A program made the translations under genes and the position numbers. 64,000 nt of DNA from Azolla caroliniana (taxonomy: Eukaryota; Plantae; Polypodiophyta), in NCBI GenBank assembly GCA_043228905.1, contig JBHGNT010000002.1, positions 18,972,001 to 19,036,000 of the forward strand, in the 5' to 3' direction. The first letter of the stretch is position 1. Each line of letters begins with the position of its first letter. The notes beneath the pieces were generated by a model. It did no database searches, was not told the origin of the DNA, and saw only the letters and a list, made by a program, of their open reading frames with translations. This document shows positions 49,647 through 62,531 of the stretch, piece by piece.

Positions 49647-52083
49647 TGTTGAGAATTGACCGGCCACAACCGGTTTCACGTTCGTTTGTTGGTGCAAAGA
49701 AATGAGCGAAATAGATACACAGAAAAAACGAGGAAAAACAGAATGAATAGAGAGACAAATGTTTAACGTGGAAACCTGAACTGGGAAAAACCACGGGGGT
49801 CCACAAACCCCAAAACATATCACTATACAGAGAGGATTACAATAAGAAACTCGAAGGCAACGACCTCAAGATCTTCTTTGTCAATAGATGATTGCAGAGT
49901 TACACTCTAACTCTCACACACTCTCTCGCTTGCTCACTCTGTCTTACACAGTTATAGAGGCCACCACCTTCTTGTGACTCACAACCCAATCATGCAACAA
50001 TGATCTACAACTACAAGTTTGTCCTAGTTGTATATATACTTATACAACTTTATGTCTATTTACATACATAGCCCACATGGGGCACATTTCGACTATTTAC
50101 AATAATAGTTTCCCGAGTTGGCTATATCCTCTATTTCGATTTAGGCCGAGGTCAATACTCATCAACTCGGCTCTTCTCTTCCCATCCGGAGGGACCTGTT
50201 TCCCAACAAACTCCCCCTTCACTCCGATATGGGGCACTTCACCAAACCAACTCTCTGTTGGCCTGTGTTTAGCTTTTCAGTTGACAACACCTTCGTCGGC
50301 ATATCTGATCCATTTTCAGCCGTGTGGATCTTCATCACAACAAAGTCTTTCTCTTCTACTCGCTCTTGGAGCCAATGGTATCCCCTCTGGATGTGATTGG
50401 TTCTCAACTGGTAGGCAACATTCTTGGCAAGATGGATGGCACTCTGATTATCGCAGTAGAGTCAAAATTCTTCCTGCCGAACTCCCAACTCACCGATAAA
50501 CTTCTTCATCCAAGTTATTTCTTTGTCAGCTTCCGCTACGGCCATATACTCGGCTTCCGTGGTCGACAACGCAACGGCCTTCTGTAGCCTCGACTGCCAC
50601 AAAATAGCTCCCCCTGCATAAGTCATCACGTATCTAGACGTGGATCGGCTAGTATCCGAATCCGTGTAACCTTCCAATGTGGGGTTACTTGAGCCGAATC
50701 AAAGACACATGCTCGAGGTGCCTCTCAGGTACCAAAGTATCCACTTCACAACAGCCCAATGCTCTCTGATGGGATTGCTCATATATCGACTGAGCACTCC
50801 GATTGCCTATCCTATGTCTGGCCTCGTACATACCATCACGTACATCATGCTTCCAACTACCAAGGCATAAGGGACTTTTGACATCTCGGCTTTCTCGGTT
50901 TTTGATTTCGAACATTGACCTTTGCTTAGCTTGCAACTTGTCACCAATGTCGAGTCGACCGGTTTTGTGCTTTCCATGCCAAATCTCTGAAGCATTTTTG
51001 TCATGTACTTCTCCTATGACAACCATAACAATTTCTTTGTTCGATCCCGAACAATGTGCATTCCCAGGATTTGTTTTGCCGGACCCATATCTTTCATCGA
51101 GACTAACCTACTCAAGGCCTTCTTCAAGCTTCCGATTTTTTTTGGGTCTTGTCTGACAATCAACATGTCATCAACATACAACGGGAGGATGAGAAAATCA
51201 CCTCCATCATACTTCTTGACAAAAACGGAATGATCAACTTGTGTCTTGCTGAAACCGTGATCCACCATGAAGGATTCGAATTTTCAGTACCATTTCCGAG
51301 GTGCCTATATCAGCCCATACAAGCTATTCCTCAATCGGCATACCAAGTTCTCTTTGCCTTTCTCCACAAATCCTTCCGGCTGATGCATGTATATCTCTTC
51401 CTCCAAACCTCCATGAAGGAAGGTAGTCTTGATGTCTAGTTGCTCGACTTCAAGATCCATGCTAGCCGCAATGCTTGACACTATTTGGATTGACGTCATC
51501 CTTATGACCATGGCAAATATTTCGTCAAAATAGACACCCTTCTTCTACTGAAAGCCTTTCATGACGATTCGTGCTTTGTACTTGGGTGGATTCCTGCCAT
51601 CTCCCGTTTCAACTTGTATACCCATTTATTCCGTAGTGCCTTCTTTTCTCTCGGCAATTTGGTTAGTTCATATGTGTGGTTCTCATGCAAGGAATCCATC
51701 TCCTCTTGTATGGCACTCAACCACTTTTGGCTGTGGCTATCTTCCTTAGCTTCTTCAAAGCTTTCCGGCTCCCCCTCATTGGTTAACAATACATGCTCTT
51801 CATCCGAAAATCTTCGGGGGGCCCTCTTTTCTCTTAGGGGATATCTTCAACCTCCATTTGGCACGGTCGGCTCTTCTTTGACTTCTTCGGCCGAGTCGAA
51901 TTCGGTTCTTTTTTCAGCCATTTCCCCTCGTTCTTCAGTCGGTTCTCGATTTTGCCGAGTATTAAATCGGTCGACTGGCTCGGATTTGATTTCGATTTAA
52001 TCGGCTTCTATTCGATTTGGCTAAGTGTCGACTCAGTTCGATTTGGTAGTTGGAGACTTATTCTCAATTTCCCAATCAACTAT
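49647..52083 (-). mobile_element. Older Tnt1-like Copia I: 3' LTR (49647-50208), PPT and degenerate RT/RNase H; interrupted by J
   Basis: LTR similar to D, PPT 50209-50221, fragments LTNEGEPESF, LYVDDML, ALSTTEAEYMA. Confidence 0.85.
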
Positions 52084-55000
52084 TGTTGAGCGAGCAAGCT
52101 AAACCGTATCCGGATCGGCTGAACAAGCCAGAGCCGGATCGGACAACTGGGTTCAAATGTGAACCGGAAGGCTAGTAGTAGCCTATACTCCTAGACTACT
52201 AGGTAGTAAGAGTCCTCAGAGTTAGTGTAAGTCGCTCATATGAGGATTGAAACACATACTACTTCTGTAAGTCCTTTTGAGGACTTGTATAAATAGTGTT
52301 GTTTAGCACATGGTATAAGAAGAAGAAAATACATAGTGTTATTTTTTAATAGAGTTTATGTTCTGCTCTCTCTATCTCTCTCGTGTATGCTAAATACTCT
52401 CAAGCTTCCATTGAACATGTGTTTTATTCTTTGTTGCTACCCAGCTAAACCAGTTTTGTAAAGCTTCCGCACGCTAACTTTTAGAGCATGAAGCTTGAGA
52501 CTCATCTGAGCCGACAGACGCTTCCGAAGACAAACCCTAACACCCGGTGAAGAACAGTAGAGATCCAAGATGGATAGAGGTATGGCAAGTTCTCTTCCCA
52601 CAGAAAACCTCGACCGGAGCAACGATGCATCCTGGTCATATAAAATGCACCAGTACCTGTTGGGGCGTGGATATTGGAGCTATGTGGAAGGAACCAATGA
52701 GGTAGCACCAGAGCCGACACACAAAAACTTCCCGGCATGGGAGCAAGGAGCGAGCCGAGTATTGTACTGCCTCACGTACAGTGTGCACGATCAGATGCTC
52801 AACTACATCAAGGACACAAAAACGCCAAAAGAGGCCTGGGAAAATCTACGGAAGTTTTTCGCCGCAAGTACCACAACCCGTAAGTTGCAGCTCTGGCAAG
52901 AGCTGAACAACATCCGACAAAGACATATGTCGGTTTTGGACTACACCACTAAGATTAAGGCGATCTACGATGCACGTGGATCCATCAACGTAACAGTGGA
53001 AGAAGACGAGATGGTCCAGATCTGTCTTGGTGGTCTTGCACAATGGTATGGGCCAATCCGGATGCCAATTTGCACCTGGGAGAAGCCACCATCCTTCTTT
53101 GACTTACAATCAATGTTGATGGTCGAAGAAAACCATGCGAGCGGTTCGAGGACCTCTCAATTAGACAATTGGATGCTGTTCACGGAGGTGGATCGGCCCT
53201 GTGGGCGTGGAGGACGAGGTGGGTTGGCACGCAATGGAGGCGGCCAACAAGAGCAGAACCGAAGGAATAGAGATGGTGCCGACAGTAGTTCCGGACCCTC
53301 CACAAGCAGGGGGAGTCAAGTCGGAGCCGGAAACCGGTAGTCGAAAACCAACACAGAATGTTGGTACTGTGGCAAGAAAGGTCACAAAGAGAGCGAGTGT
53401 TGGAAGATGCGTATCGATTAGGATAAATCCGGATCTGGCAAGGCCAGACAAGGGAACCGGCAAACCTCGCACTACGTTGAAGGATCGAAAGAATCCGGAA
53501 CCGGGAAAACCGGAAAGGGGTCTGCCTTTGTGATGAAGCACAAGGCAAGCTCGATGAAGAAGATTACTTCCGGATCGGAGGAAGTGTGGTATGTTGATTC
53601 TGAAGCGTCAAACCACATGACGAGCCATGAAGAGTGGTTCTCATTTTTGGAGAAACCGGAACAACTGGGAGTTGTCGAAACCGGAGATGACACTCACATG
53701 ATTGTGCATGTCGGAGAAGTCCCTTTAAGCCATGTCGGACAAAGGGGGAAGCTGATGAATGTTCTACATGTCCCGACAATCACAAAGAACCTGGTGTCGG
53801 TCGGACAAATCGTCGACCAAGGAATGTAGGTGCAGTTTACGCACCTCGAGTGCTTCATCGAGGAAGAAGGCCGGATAATCGCGCAAGGGTGCAGAGAAGG
53901 GAGGATGTTCATCCTCCACACAGATGACGTCGGCACCGCCATATTTGCAAAAGGACAGAAGATTGAATTGGACATCGATCTCTGGCATTAGCGGATTGGC
54001 CACGTCAACTACTGGAGGCTTCAAGATCTACAATCGAAACAAGTTGTGCTCGGTTTGCCAAAGTTTAGTGGTCTCTGGTTGGAAGACCCAAATATGTGAA
54101 GCCTGCCAACGTGGGAAGCAACGCCAACTTCCATTCCCCACTGAACGAAACCAGAGCCATAACAAGCTTGATCTAATCCATTCGGATGTATGGGGACTGG
54201 CACAGAACGTTAGTCTTGACGGGAGTCAGTATTTCATCTCCTTCATCGACTACTACAAGCGGCACACGTGGATCTACCTCATCGAGAAGAAAAGAGAAGT
54301 CTTAGAATGTTTCCGAAACCTTCAAAGCTTAGTCAAAAGGGAAATGGAGATGAAGATAAAGAGCTTGTGGTTGGATGGCGTAAAAGAATACTTTTCTAGT
54401 CAATTCAACAATTATCTGCAGCAAAAAGGAATTCAGATAGAATTCAACTGCCAATATACACCGGAACAAAATAGTGTGGCCGAAAGAAAGAACCGGTCGA
54501 TTGGCGACGTGGCAAGGGCAATGCTGGAGGAGAAGAGCATGCCCAAATTCTACTAGGATGAGGCGGTCCGGACGACCGTCTATATCCAAAACTGGATTGG
54601 GGACAAGGTGTCAACACCTGAGCTATATTTCGGGCGGAAGCCATATTTGAGACACCGTCGGATATTTGGTAGCATAGCATATGTGCATGTACTAGATGAG
54701 AAGCAAAGGAAGCTGGATCCGAAATAGAAGAAGTGCATACGCGTTGGTTACTCGCATGAGTAGAAGGGGTATAAGTGTTATAACCCCCAGACTAAATAGG
54801 TACGAGTAAGTAGAGATGTCGAGTTTGATGAGTTGGCATCATGGTACTCCCTACCGACTCCAACTCCTGACGAAGACCTAAATCCAGAGGATGAGGCTAG
54901 TGAACCCGGAGAGGTTCAAGAAGAAGATGAATGTGTCGGTACTCTAGATGAGAGCCCGATCTCATTCCGGCTAAGTGGGCCGTATGAGCGGCTGAGTCGG

Positions 55001-55612
55001 GATGACCAGTCGGATAAAGAATTGGCGAGTAGTGGAGAGACTCTATTGTGCTCTCCCCACGCAAGGAACCGAGGAGACGGTTCACGCAAAAAGAGAAGGG
55101 GAAGAAGAAGATGCCGGAATACGATACCGGTAGTGTAGGGTCGGATCGGAGTGAATTTGACCCCGGAAAGGAAGAAGATGAATCTTCAGAAAGGAAGTCT
55201 AAACTGGCCAGGAAGGCCCTCAAACTGGCTAACGGAAAGTTATGCCACTCAATCCGCCAGAAGAACCCCATCCAGAGGTACAGATACAATGAGTACATGG
55301 CGCATCAATATGCGTACATGAATAAGGTGGCGGAAGTGCGTGAGCCGGAGAGCTACGTAGAAGTAGCAAAAGACACAAATTGGCATGCTGCTATGGATGA
55401 AGAAATGCGCATGAAACCTGGTTGACCCTTCCTGACAGTGTAAACCGATCGGTTGCAAATGGGTAAATAAGGTGCATTACAATGCTAACAGTTCGGTCAA
55501 CCGATACAAGGCCCGGTTAGTGGCAAAGGGATATGCACAGACCCATAAAATCGACTACAACGAGACCTTCGCTCTGATAGCGAAGATGATGACGGTTCGT
55601 GTGGTATTGGTT

Positions 55613-57617
55613 GCAGAACATGTGCTGCTGACCGATGAGGGAGAGCCGGAAAGCTTCAAAGAAGCGAAGGATGACACCCACAGCCGCAGATGGTTAAGTG
55701 CCATGTAGGATGAGATGGATTCCCTGCATGAGAACCATACGTACGAATTGGTGGAGTTGCTGGAAGGAAAGCGAGCACTCCGAAACAAGTGGGTGTACAA
55801 GTTGAAACCGGGAGATGCTGGCAACCCCCCGAGATACAAAGACAGGATTGTGGTGAAGGGGTTCCAGCAGAAGAAGGGTGTGGACTTCGACGAGATATTT
55901 GCGCCGGTAGTAAAGATGACCTCCATCCGGACGATGCTGAGTATAGCGGAAAGCATGGACCTCGAGGTAGAGCAACTAGACGTGAAGACAACATTCCTTC
56001 ACGGTGACCTCGAAGAGGAGATCTACATGCAGCAACCGGAAGGATTTGTGGAGAAAGGGAAGGAGCACCTGGTATGCCAGTTGAAGAAGAGCCTGTACGG
56101 ACTGAAGCAGGCTCCTCGACAATGGTACCAGAAGTTCGACTCCTTCATGACCGATCAAGGGTACCACAAGACGCAGGCCGATCACTGCGTGTTTGTGAAG
56201 AAGTTTGAAGTAGGCGACTTCTTGATACTCCTTCTGTACGTGGACGACATGTTGATCGTCAGACGGAACCAAGCCAGAATACGGATGCTGAAGAAGGCTG
56301 TCAACTGAACTTTCCCAATGAAAGACTTGGGTCTGGCAAGACAGATGCTGGGGATGCATATCATCCGGAACCGGCCAACGAAGCAATTGTGGCTGTCACA
56401 GGAGAAGTACGTGACAAAGGTGCTTCAGCGGTTCAACATGTTAGAAGCGAAACCGGTCGGATCAACACTCCCAGGAAACTGCAGATTATCAAGTAAGCAA
56501 AACCCGAAGACGAAAACTGAGAAGGCTGATATGATGAAGGTTCCATATGCCTCTGCTGTCGGGAGCTTAATGTACGCAATGGTGTGTACCCGACCGGATA
56601 TAGGATACGCAGTCGGAGTGGTGAGCCGATTTATGAGCAATCCCGGCAAAGAGCACTGGAACGCTGTCAAATGGATACTCTGGTACTTGAAGGGCACTTC
56701 AAATATGTGTCTCTGATTCGGCACCGGAAACCCTCAACTTGACGGTTTTACCGATTCGGACATGTTGGCTGATGTGGATACCAGACGGTCTACATCCAGG
56801 TATGTAATGACATATGCAGGGGGAGTTGTTTCGTGGCAGTGGAGGCTGCAGAAGACGGTTGCGTTGTCAACCACGGAGGTGGAGTACATGGCAGCTGTGG
56901 AAGCCGGCAAGGAAATATTATGGATGAAGGACTTCATCGGAGAGCTCGGTATCCGGCAAGATGAATATCGGCTCCATTGCGATAGTCAAAGTGCCATCCA
57001 CCTTGCTAAGAATGCGGCCTACCATTCCCGGACGAAGCATATCCAGCAAAGGTATCACTGGATCCGGGAAAGAGTAGATGACCAGGAGTTTGCGCTGACA
57101 AAGATCCAAACAGCCGAGAACGGGTCAGATATGCTGACCAAAGTACTGATACCCGACAAGTTCGATGCATGCCGGAAGCGGATCGGACTAGTAAGACATC
57201 CCATGCCGGAGTGAAGGGGGAGTTTGTTAGGAAACAAGTCCCTCTGGATGGGAAGTGAAAAGAACAGTGATGATTCGGATGTGGAGTACCCAGCAACGGA
57301 AGACCCGGTGAGAACCGGATGACGAGTACCCGGCAAGAGCCGGATGGTGAACACCCGGTGAGAACCGGATGTGGAGTACCCGGCAACGGAAGACCCGGTG
57401 AGAACCGGATGTCGTGTGCCCGGCAAGTGCCGGATGATGCAGGCCCGGTGAGGAAGGTTCACCGGATGAAGGGACATATTTGTAAATATTTTTCTGAGAG
57501 TCCATCGGGGCTATATTTGTAAATAGCCAAAAAGTCATATTAGTATAAATATGACATAGGGCAAACGTAGTACTGAGGTTGTCATTCTTGTTGGTGCAAG
57601 ATCAGAGCGCAATAGTG

Positions 57618-57663
<46 letters not shown>

Positions 57664-57938
57664 CGAAGAGTTCGTATCTCTGTTGTAACCGCCGCTTGTG
57701 GTGAAGACAGTGAACAAGAGGTCGTTGCCTCTGTGTTCATCGATTGTATATTGTTACATAGTGATAGTTAGCAGTCAGTGGACTGCCGTGGTTTTTCCCG
57801 TGTTTGGGTTTTCCACGTAAACATCCTGTGTACTCCTCTCTCCATTGTGTCGTGCATTCATTCCCCGTTTTCTGTGTTTTTTATTCTAAGCTCGGTTGTG
57901 GCTGAGCATTGTTCATCGGGAGCGTGTAGTTCCTGACA
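55613..57938 (+). mobile_element. 5'-truncated Tnt1-like Copia K (D family): RT, RNase H, PPT, 3' LTR 57225-57938
   Basis: ORFs 55715..56308, 56318..56716 and 56762..57214 are nearly identical to the D protein. LTR TGTTAGG..CTGACA. Confidence 0.9.
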
Positions 57939-60900
57939 CATCCGACCACGTCTTAGTCTTGGACCTATCTCCCCCTATTCCAGTTGTCCTCGACTCCTTC
58001 TTATGCTTAAGGCCCTTGCTTCCTTCTTCGGCTTCTTCAACCGGTTCGAAGTCAAATTCCTCATCCGACTCCGCATCTCGGTCACTTCCACCATGATGGT
58101 TACCTCTGCTCCTTTCACACTCTTGTTCCTGTTCGTCTTCCTTTCTCCCCCTCAAGTTCCGCGTGTTGAGGTGACACAACCCTAGCTCACCAGAGAAATG
58201 TCGTAACTTGTCGAGACCAAGAGGCTTGGTGAAGATATTGGCAACCTGTCGATCCGTCGAAACATACGCTAGTTCGACTTCACCTGAAAGCACCCGCTCA
58301 CTGACAAAATGGTAATACACCTCAATGTTCTTGGTCCGGGCGTGGAACACGGGGTTTTTCGCAAGGTGGATACTACTGAGGTTGTCGCAATAGATCGTCG
58401 TCGGATCAGACACCTCTACATGCAAATCCCGTAATAGCCATTTTAGCCAAATGACTTCGCACGTAGCGATAGTCGCCCCTCGATATTTGGCCTCCGTGCT
58501 CGACAGTGCTATTGTCATCTGCTTTTTGCTGCTCCACGCAATTTCCGCACTTCCTAACGAGAATGCGTATCCAGATGTGGATCGACGATCATGGGCGTTT
58601 CCGCCCCAATCGGCATCCGTGTAGCCGACTAACTATTCGGCTACGCTTGCACGATGAAACAACGCCATGTCTTTCGTGCCGCTGACATAACGCAGTATCC
58701 GTTGCGCGCACTAAAAGTGTTTGGACGTAGGTTGCGACATGAATTGACTGATTAAGCCGACCGGGTAGCTAAGATCCGGCCGAGTGATCGTCAAATAGAT
58801 GAGGCTTCCGACAATTTGTCGGAACCGTGTCAGGTCGCACGCCTTGCCCAAATCGGGGCGAAGCTTCATGTTTCTATCCAGAGGGGTCGAGATGGGCTTA
58901 CAGTTTTCCATCCCGAACTTGAAGAGCATATTCAGCGTGTAATGACCTTGGCTGATCAATATGCCTTCGGGGGTATGGATCACTTCAATCCCGAGGAAGT
59001 AATGAAGGTCTCCGAGATCCTTCATTTCAAACGATGCTGCAAGCTGAGACTTCACGCGGCGGATTTCGTCAAGGTCGGCACCGGCGATGACTAAATCATC
59101 AACGTACAAGAGTAGGCTGACCGATTCATATTGTCCTTGCCAAACAAATAGAGAAGAGTCCGACCTCAACAACGCAAACCCCATCCTACGCAGCTGTTGC
59201 GTAATCTTCGCGTTCCAAGCTCGCAGGGCTTGCTTAAGTCCGTACAATGACTTCTTCAATTGGCAAACTGTCGAGGTGTTTTGTTCGGATAGAAATAAGG
59301 GGGGTTGTACCATGTACACTTACTCCTCAAGATCACCTTGCAAGAACGCGTTCTTTACATCCATCTGATGTAAATGCCACCCCTTTGCCGCGGCTACGGC
59401 TAGTAGGACTCACACGGTAGTCATCTTCGCGACAGGCGCGAAGGTCTCATCATCGTCCACACTGTGCTTCTACGCATAGCCTTTTGCTACAAAAGAAGCC
59501 TTGTAGCGGTTGATGGAGCCGTTCGTGTTGTGTTTCACTTTACACACCCACCGACATCCAATCAGCTTTACACCCTTCGGTGCATCAACTAGGTCCCATG
59601 TCTCGTTCTGCGATAAGGCGCGCATCTCTTCCTCCATTATGGCATGCCAATTTACGTCCTTCGCCGCTTCTGCATAGCTTTTCGGATCACGCACTTCTGC
59701 CACTCGTGTCATGTACGCATAATGGTGCGCCATGTACTCATTATACCCGTACCTCTTCATAGGGTTCTTCTAACGGGTAGATCGGCGTAATCCGTGATTA
59801 CCCAATTTCACAACCTTTTCGGCCAATTTCGACATCTTCCGTAGAGGTTCCTTATCGACTGGCTCGATGTCAGATTCGCTTCGAACTGAATCAGCAATAC
59901 CGAAATCGTATTCCGACGTCTTCTTCTTCCCCTTCTCCTTGCGGGTAAACCGTCTCCTCGGTTCCTTACGCGGGGACATTACGGCCGAGTCTCCACTACT
60001 CGCCGTCTCATCATCTGGTTGGCCATCTCGGCCCAACCCCTCATTCGGCCCACTTAGCCAAAATGAGATCGGACTCTCTCTCAGAGCTCCGATTTCTTCA
60101 TCGTGCGGAGGCATTTCAGCCTCGTTGATTTCTTCTTCAGAAATCGGATTGGAGATGAGGTCCGGAGTCGGAGGCAAGTACCAGGACGCAGACTCATCAA
60201 ACACAACATCGCGGCTCACGCGCGCTTGTTTGGTGCATGGGTTATAACACTCATAACCCTTCTGCTCGTCCGAATAGCCAACCAAGTTACACTTCTCGGC
60301 TTTCGCGTCCAGCTTCCTCCGTTTCTCCTTCGACACGTGCACATACGCAATGCTACCAAAAATCCTCAAGTGTGCCAAGTTAGGTCCGAACTTTGACGCC
60401 AAGCCACCAAGACAAACCTGCACCATTTCATCTTCCTCGACGTTCACGTTGACAGAGGCGAGAGAATCGCAAATTTCTTTGATCTTGGTGGTGTAATCAG
60501 CCACCGACATATCTCTTTGTCGTACATTGTTGAGCTCCTGTCTAAGCTGCACCTTTCTGGCCATTGTGCTGGCGGCGAAAATCCTTTTGAGATTTGCCCA
60601 CGTGTCCTTCGGCGTCTTGGCATCCCGAATATAGCTCAAAAGCTGATCGCTCACACAGGACGCAAAGCAGTACGGCACTCTGCTTGCTGCTTGTTCCCAA
60701 GCGGGATAGTCCCTGTGTGTCGAGTCGGGTGCCACATCGTTTGCTCCTTCGACATAACTCCAGTAGCCATGGCCGAGCAGGTACTAGTGCATCTTGTAAA
60801 ACCAAGATGTGTAGTTGCTTCTGTCAAGTTTTTCAGTCGAAAGTGAGCTTCCCATTCCTCTGTCCATATTGTTGTCTTTTTCTTTTCCGAACGCGAACAA

Positions 60901-61392
60901 CTTAAACTTTGTTTCGTCACAAACTTTTCTTGTCGGCTGTAGAGGTTCTCAACCCTCGCGCTCTGATACCATGTAAAAGAATACGTTGTGCGGAAGCGTG
61001 TGCGTAAACACAGAGTACACAGTTTGGGAGTATAAGACAGTTCGGTAAAACACAGAAAACGCAGAGATGGATATGGAGGGAGAGAGACAGAGTGAGCAGA
61101 TAACAGAAACTCAAATTCAAAAATAATTTTATGTACATACATAGTGCTCAGTGAGCACCTTTTATACAAGCCCTGACTATCGGGTTGACACAAGTACTGA
61201 TAGTACTTGAATGCTCATAAATGAGCCTGCTACACTAACTCCCAAAATTATTCCTTATGAGGAATACCATACTAACGGCCTTCTGGTTTACGCACCGATA
61301 CGGCCACATTATGCGTACTATTTTACGCACCCAGACTACGCACTGGGTTACGCATCATATTATGCACTCAATGTTGAGCTTGTCACTCAACA
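57939..61392 (-). mobile_element. A-family Copia L: 5' LTR 60972-61392, PBS-Met 60960-60971, internal deletion, 3' end lost
   Basis: ORF 59770..60735 fuses gag to the integrase end; RT 58711..59319, RNase H 57913..58518. Confidence 0.85.
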
Positions 61393-62531
61393 ATCCTTTC
61401 CCCGAAAGGACAACATTCGATATAGAAATTGCGTTATATGTAACATACACATATGTATATTTATCACACATATACGATCAAATACGAATACACGTGACCA
61501 CATATGCGTATATTATGAAAAATCGCAACATCAAATAGCCAAAATATGATGAAATCGAGACACGTAATCGAGGCATATAGCCTTAGCCTCTACGCACACA
61601 AAACATCCAATAATAAGGGTTAATCATAATACGCAATTGAGGTATTGACATCTTATGCATACGACACCAAACACATATCATTTACATAGAAATCGAGGTA
61701 TTGACCTCATACGCATACGTAACATATGTATGTGAACGTAATACACAATTGAGGTATTAACCTCGTATGCATACGACACTAATCACATATTAAATATATG
61801 TCAAATGAGGTATTGACCTCATACACATATGTAAACGTTTTATACAACCAATTAATTACCACTACAACATCATTGAATCAATGAAAAAAATTACATATTG
61901 ACCATATACATGATTAGATGGGAGAAGAAAAAATACAAAAAAAACAAGAAAGAGTTACTAAAGTTCCTTTGTTGATCACTATCTAGATCAAGGTCAACCG
62001 CACGTCGATCCATCACCATCCATCAAGATGACAAAAACAAACAAAGGAAACATTAGAAAGATAAACTCTGATACCAACTATTAGAGTTATGATCTAAAGT
62101 AAGCATATGATAAGGATAAAAGATAGATAGATAGAAAGGAGAGAGAGAAAGAACGGTGCCGATCCACTCGACCACCTCCGAGCGGAGGGATCGAGACGGA
62201 CTCGAGCCTCAATTGGCGTCCCATACCATTGTTGTGGCGTCGAGTCATACCTAGTGTTGGCGCATGCGCTACAAGAGTTGACCCACCACAAGAACATAGT
62301 CTCGACGTAGTCAAAAGATGATCAAATGAGGGTGGTTAGGCCTCATATTTATAGCAAGACCCAAGGTCTCCAGGCAAGTTCACACTTGGCCTAAGGGGTT
62401 GTCTCAATCCCGAGGATTAAAAGTAATCCTCCCCTTCTTTACACTCTTGTTTAACCCACACACTTATCCATGTGTATAGAATACTACGGTAAATTCTCAC
62501 CACGGGATATTATATGGTCATGCTCGTAACA
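61393..62531 (-). mobile_element. Remnant of LTR element M: 5' LTR 62079-62531, PBS-Met 62066-62076, repetitive non-coding leader
   Basis: CTCTGATACCA next to an LTR-like segment ending GTAACA; imperfect GAGGTATTGACCTCATACGCATACG repeats at 61570-61830. Confidence 0.65.

Noticed and set aside
57619-57660. (AG)n/(CT)n microsatellites
   Set aside because: Ordinary components of several LTR families here.
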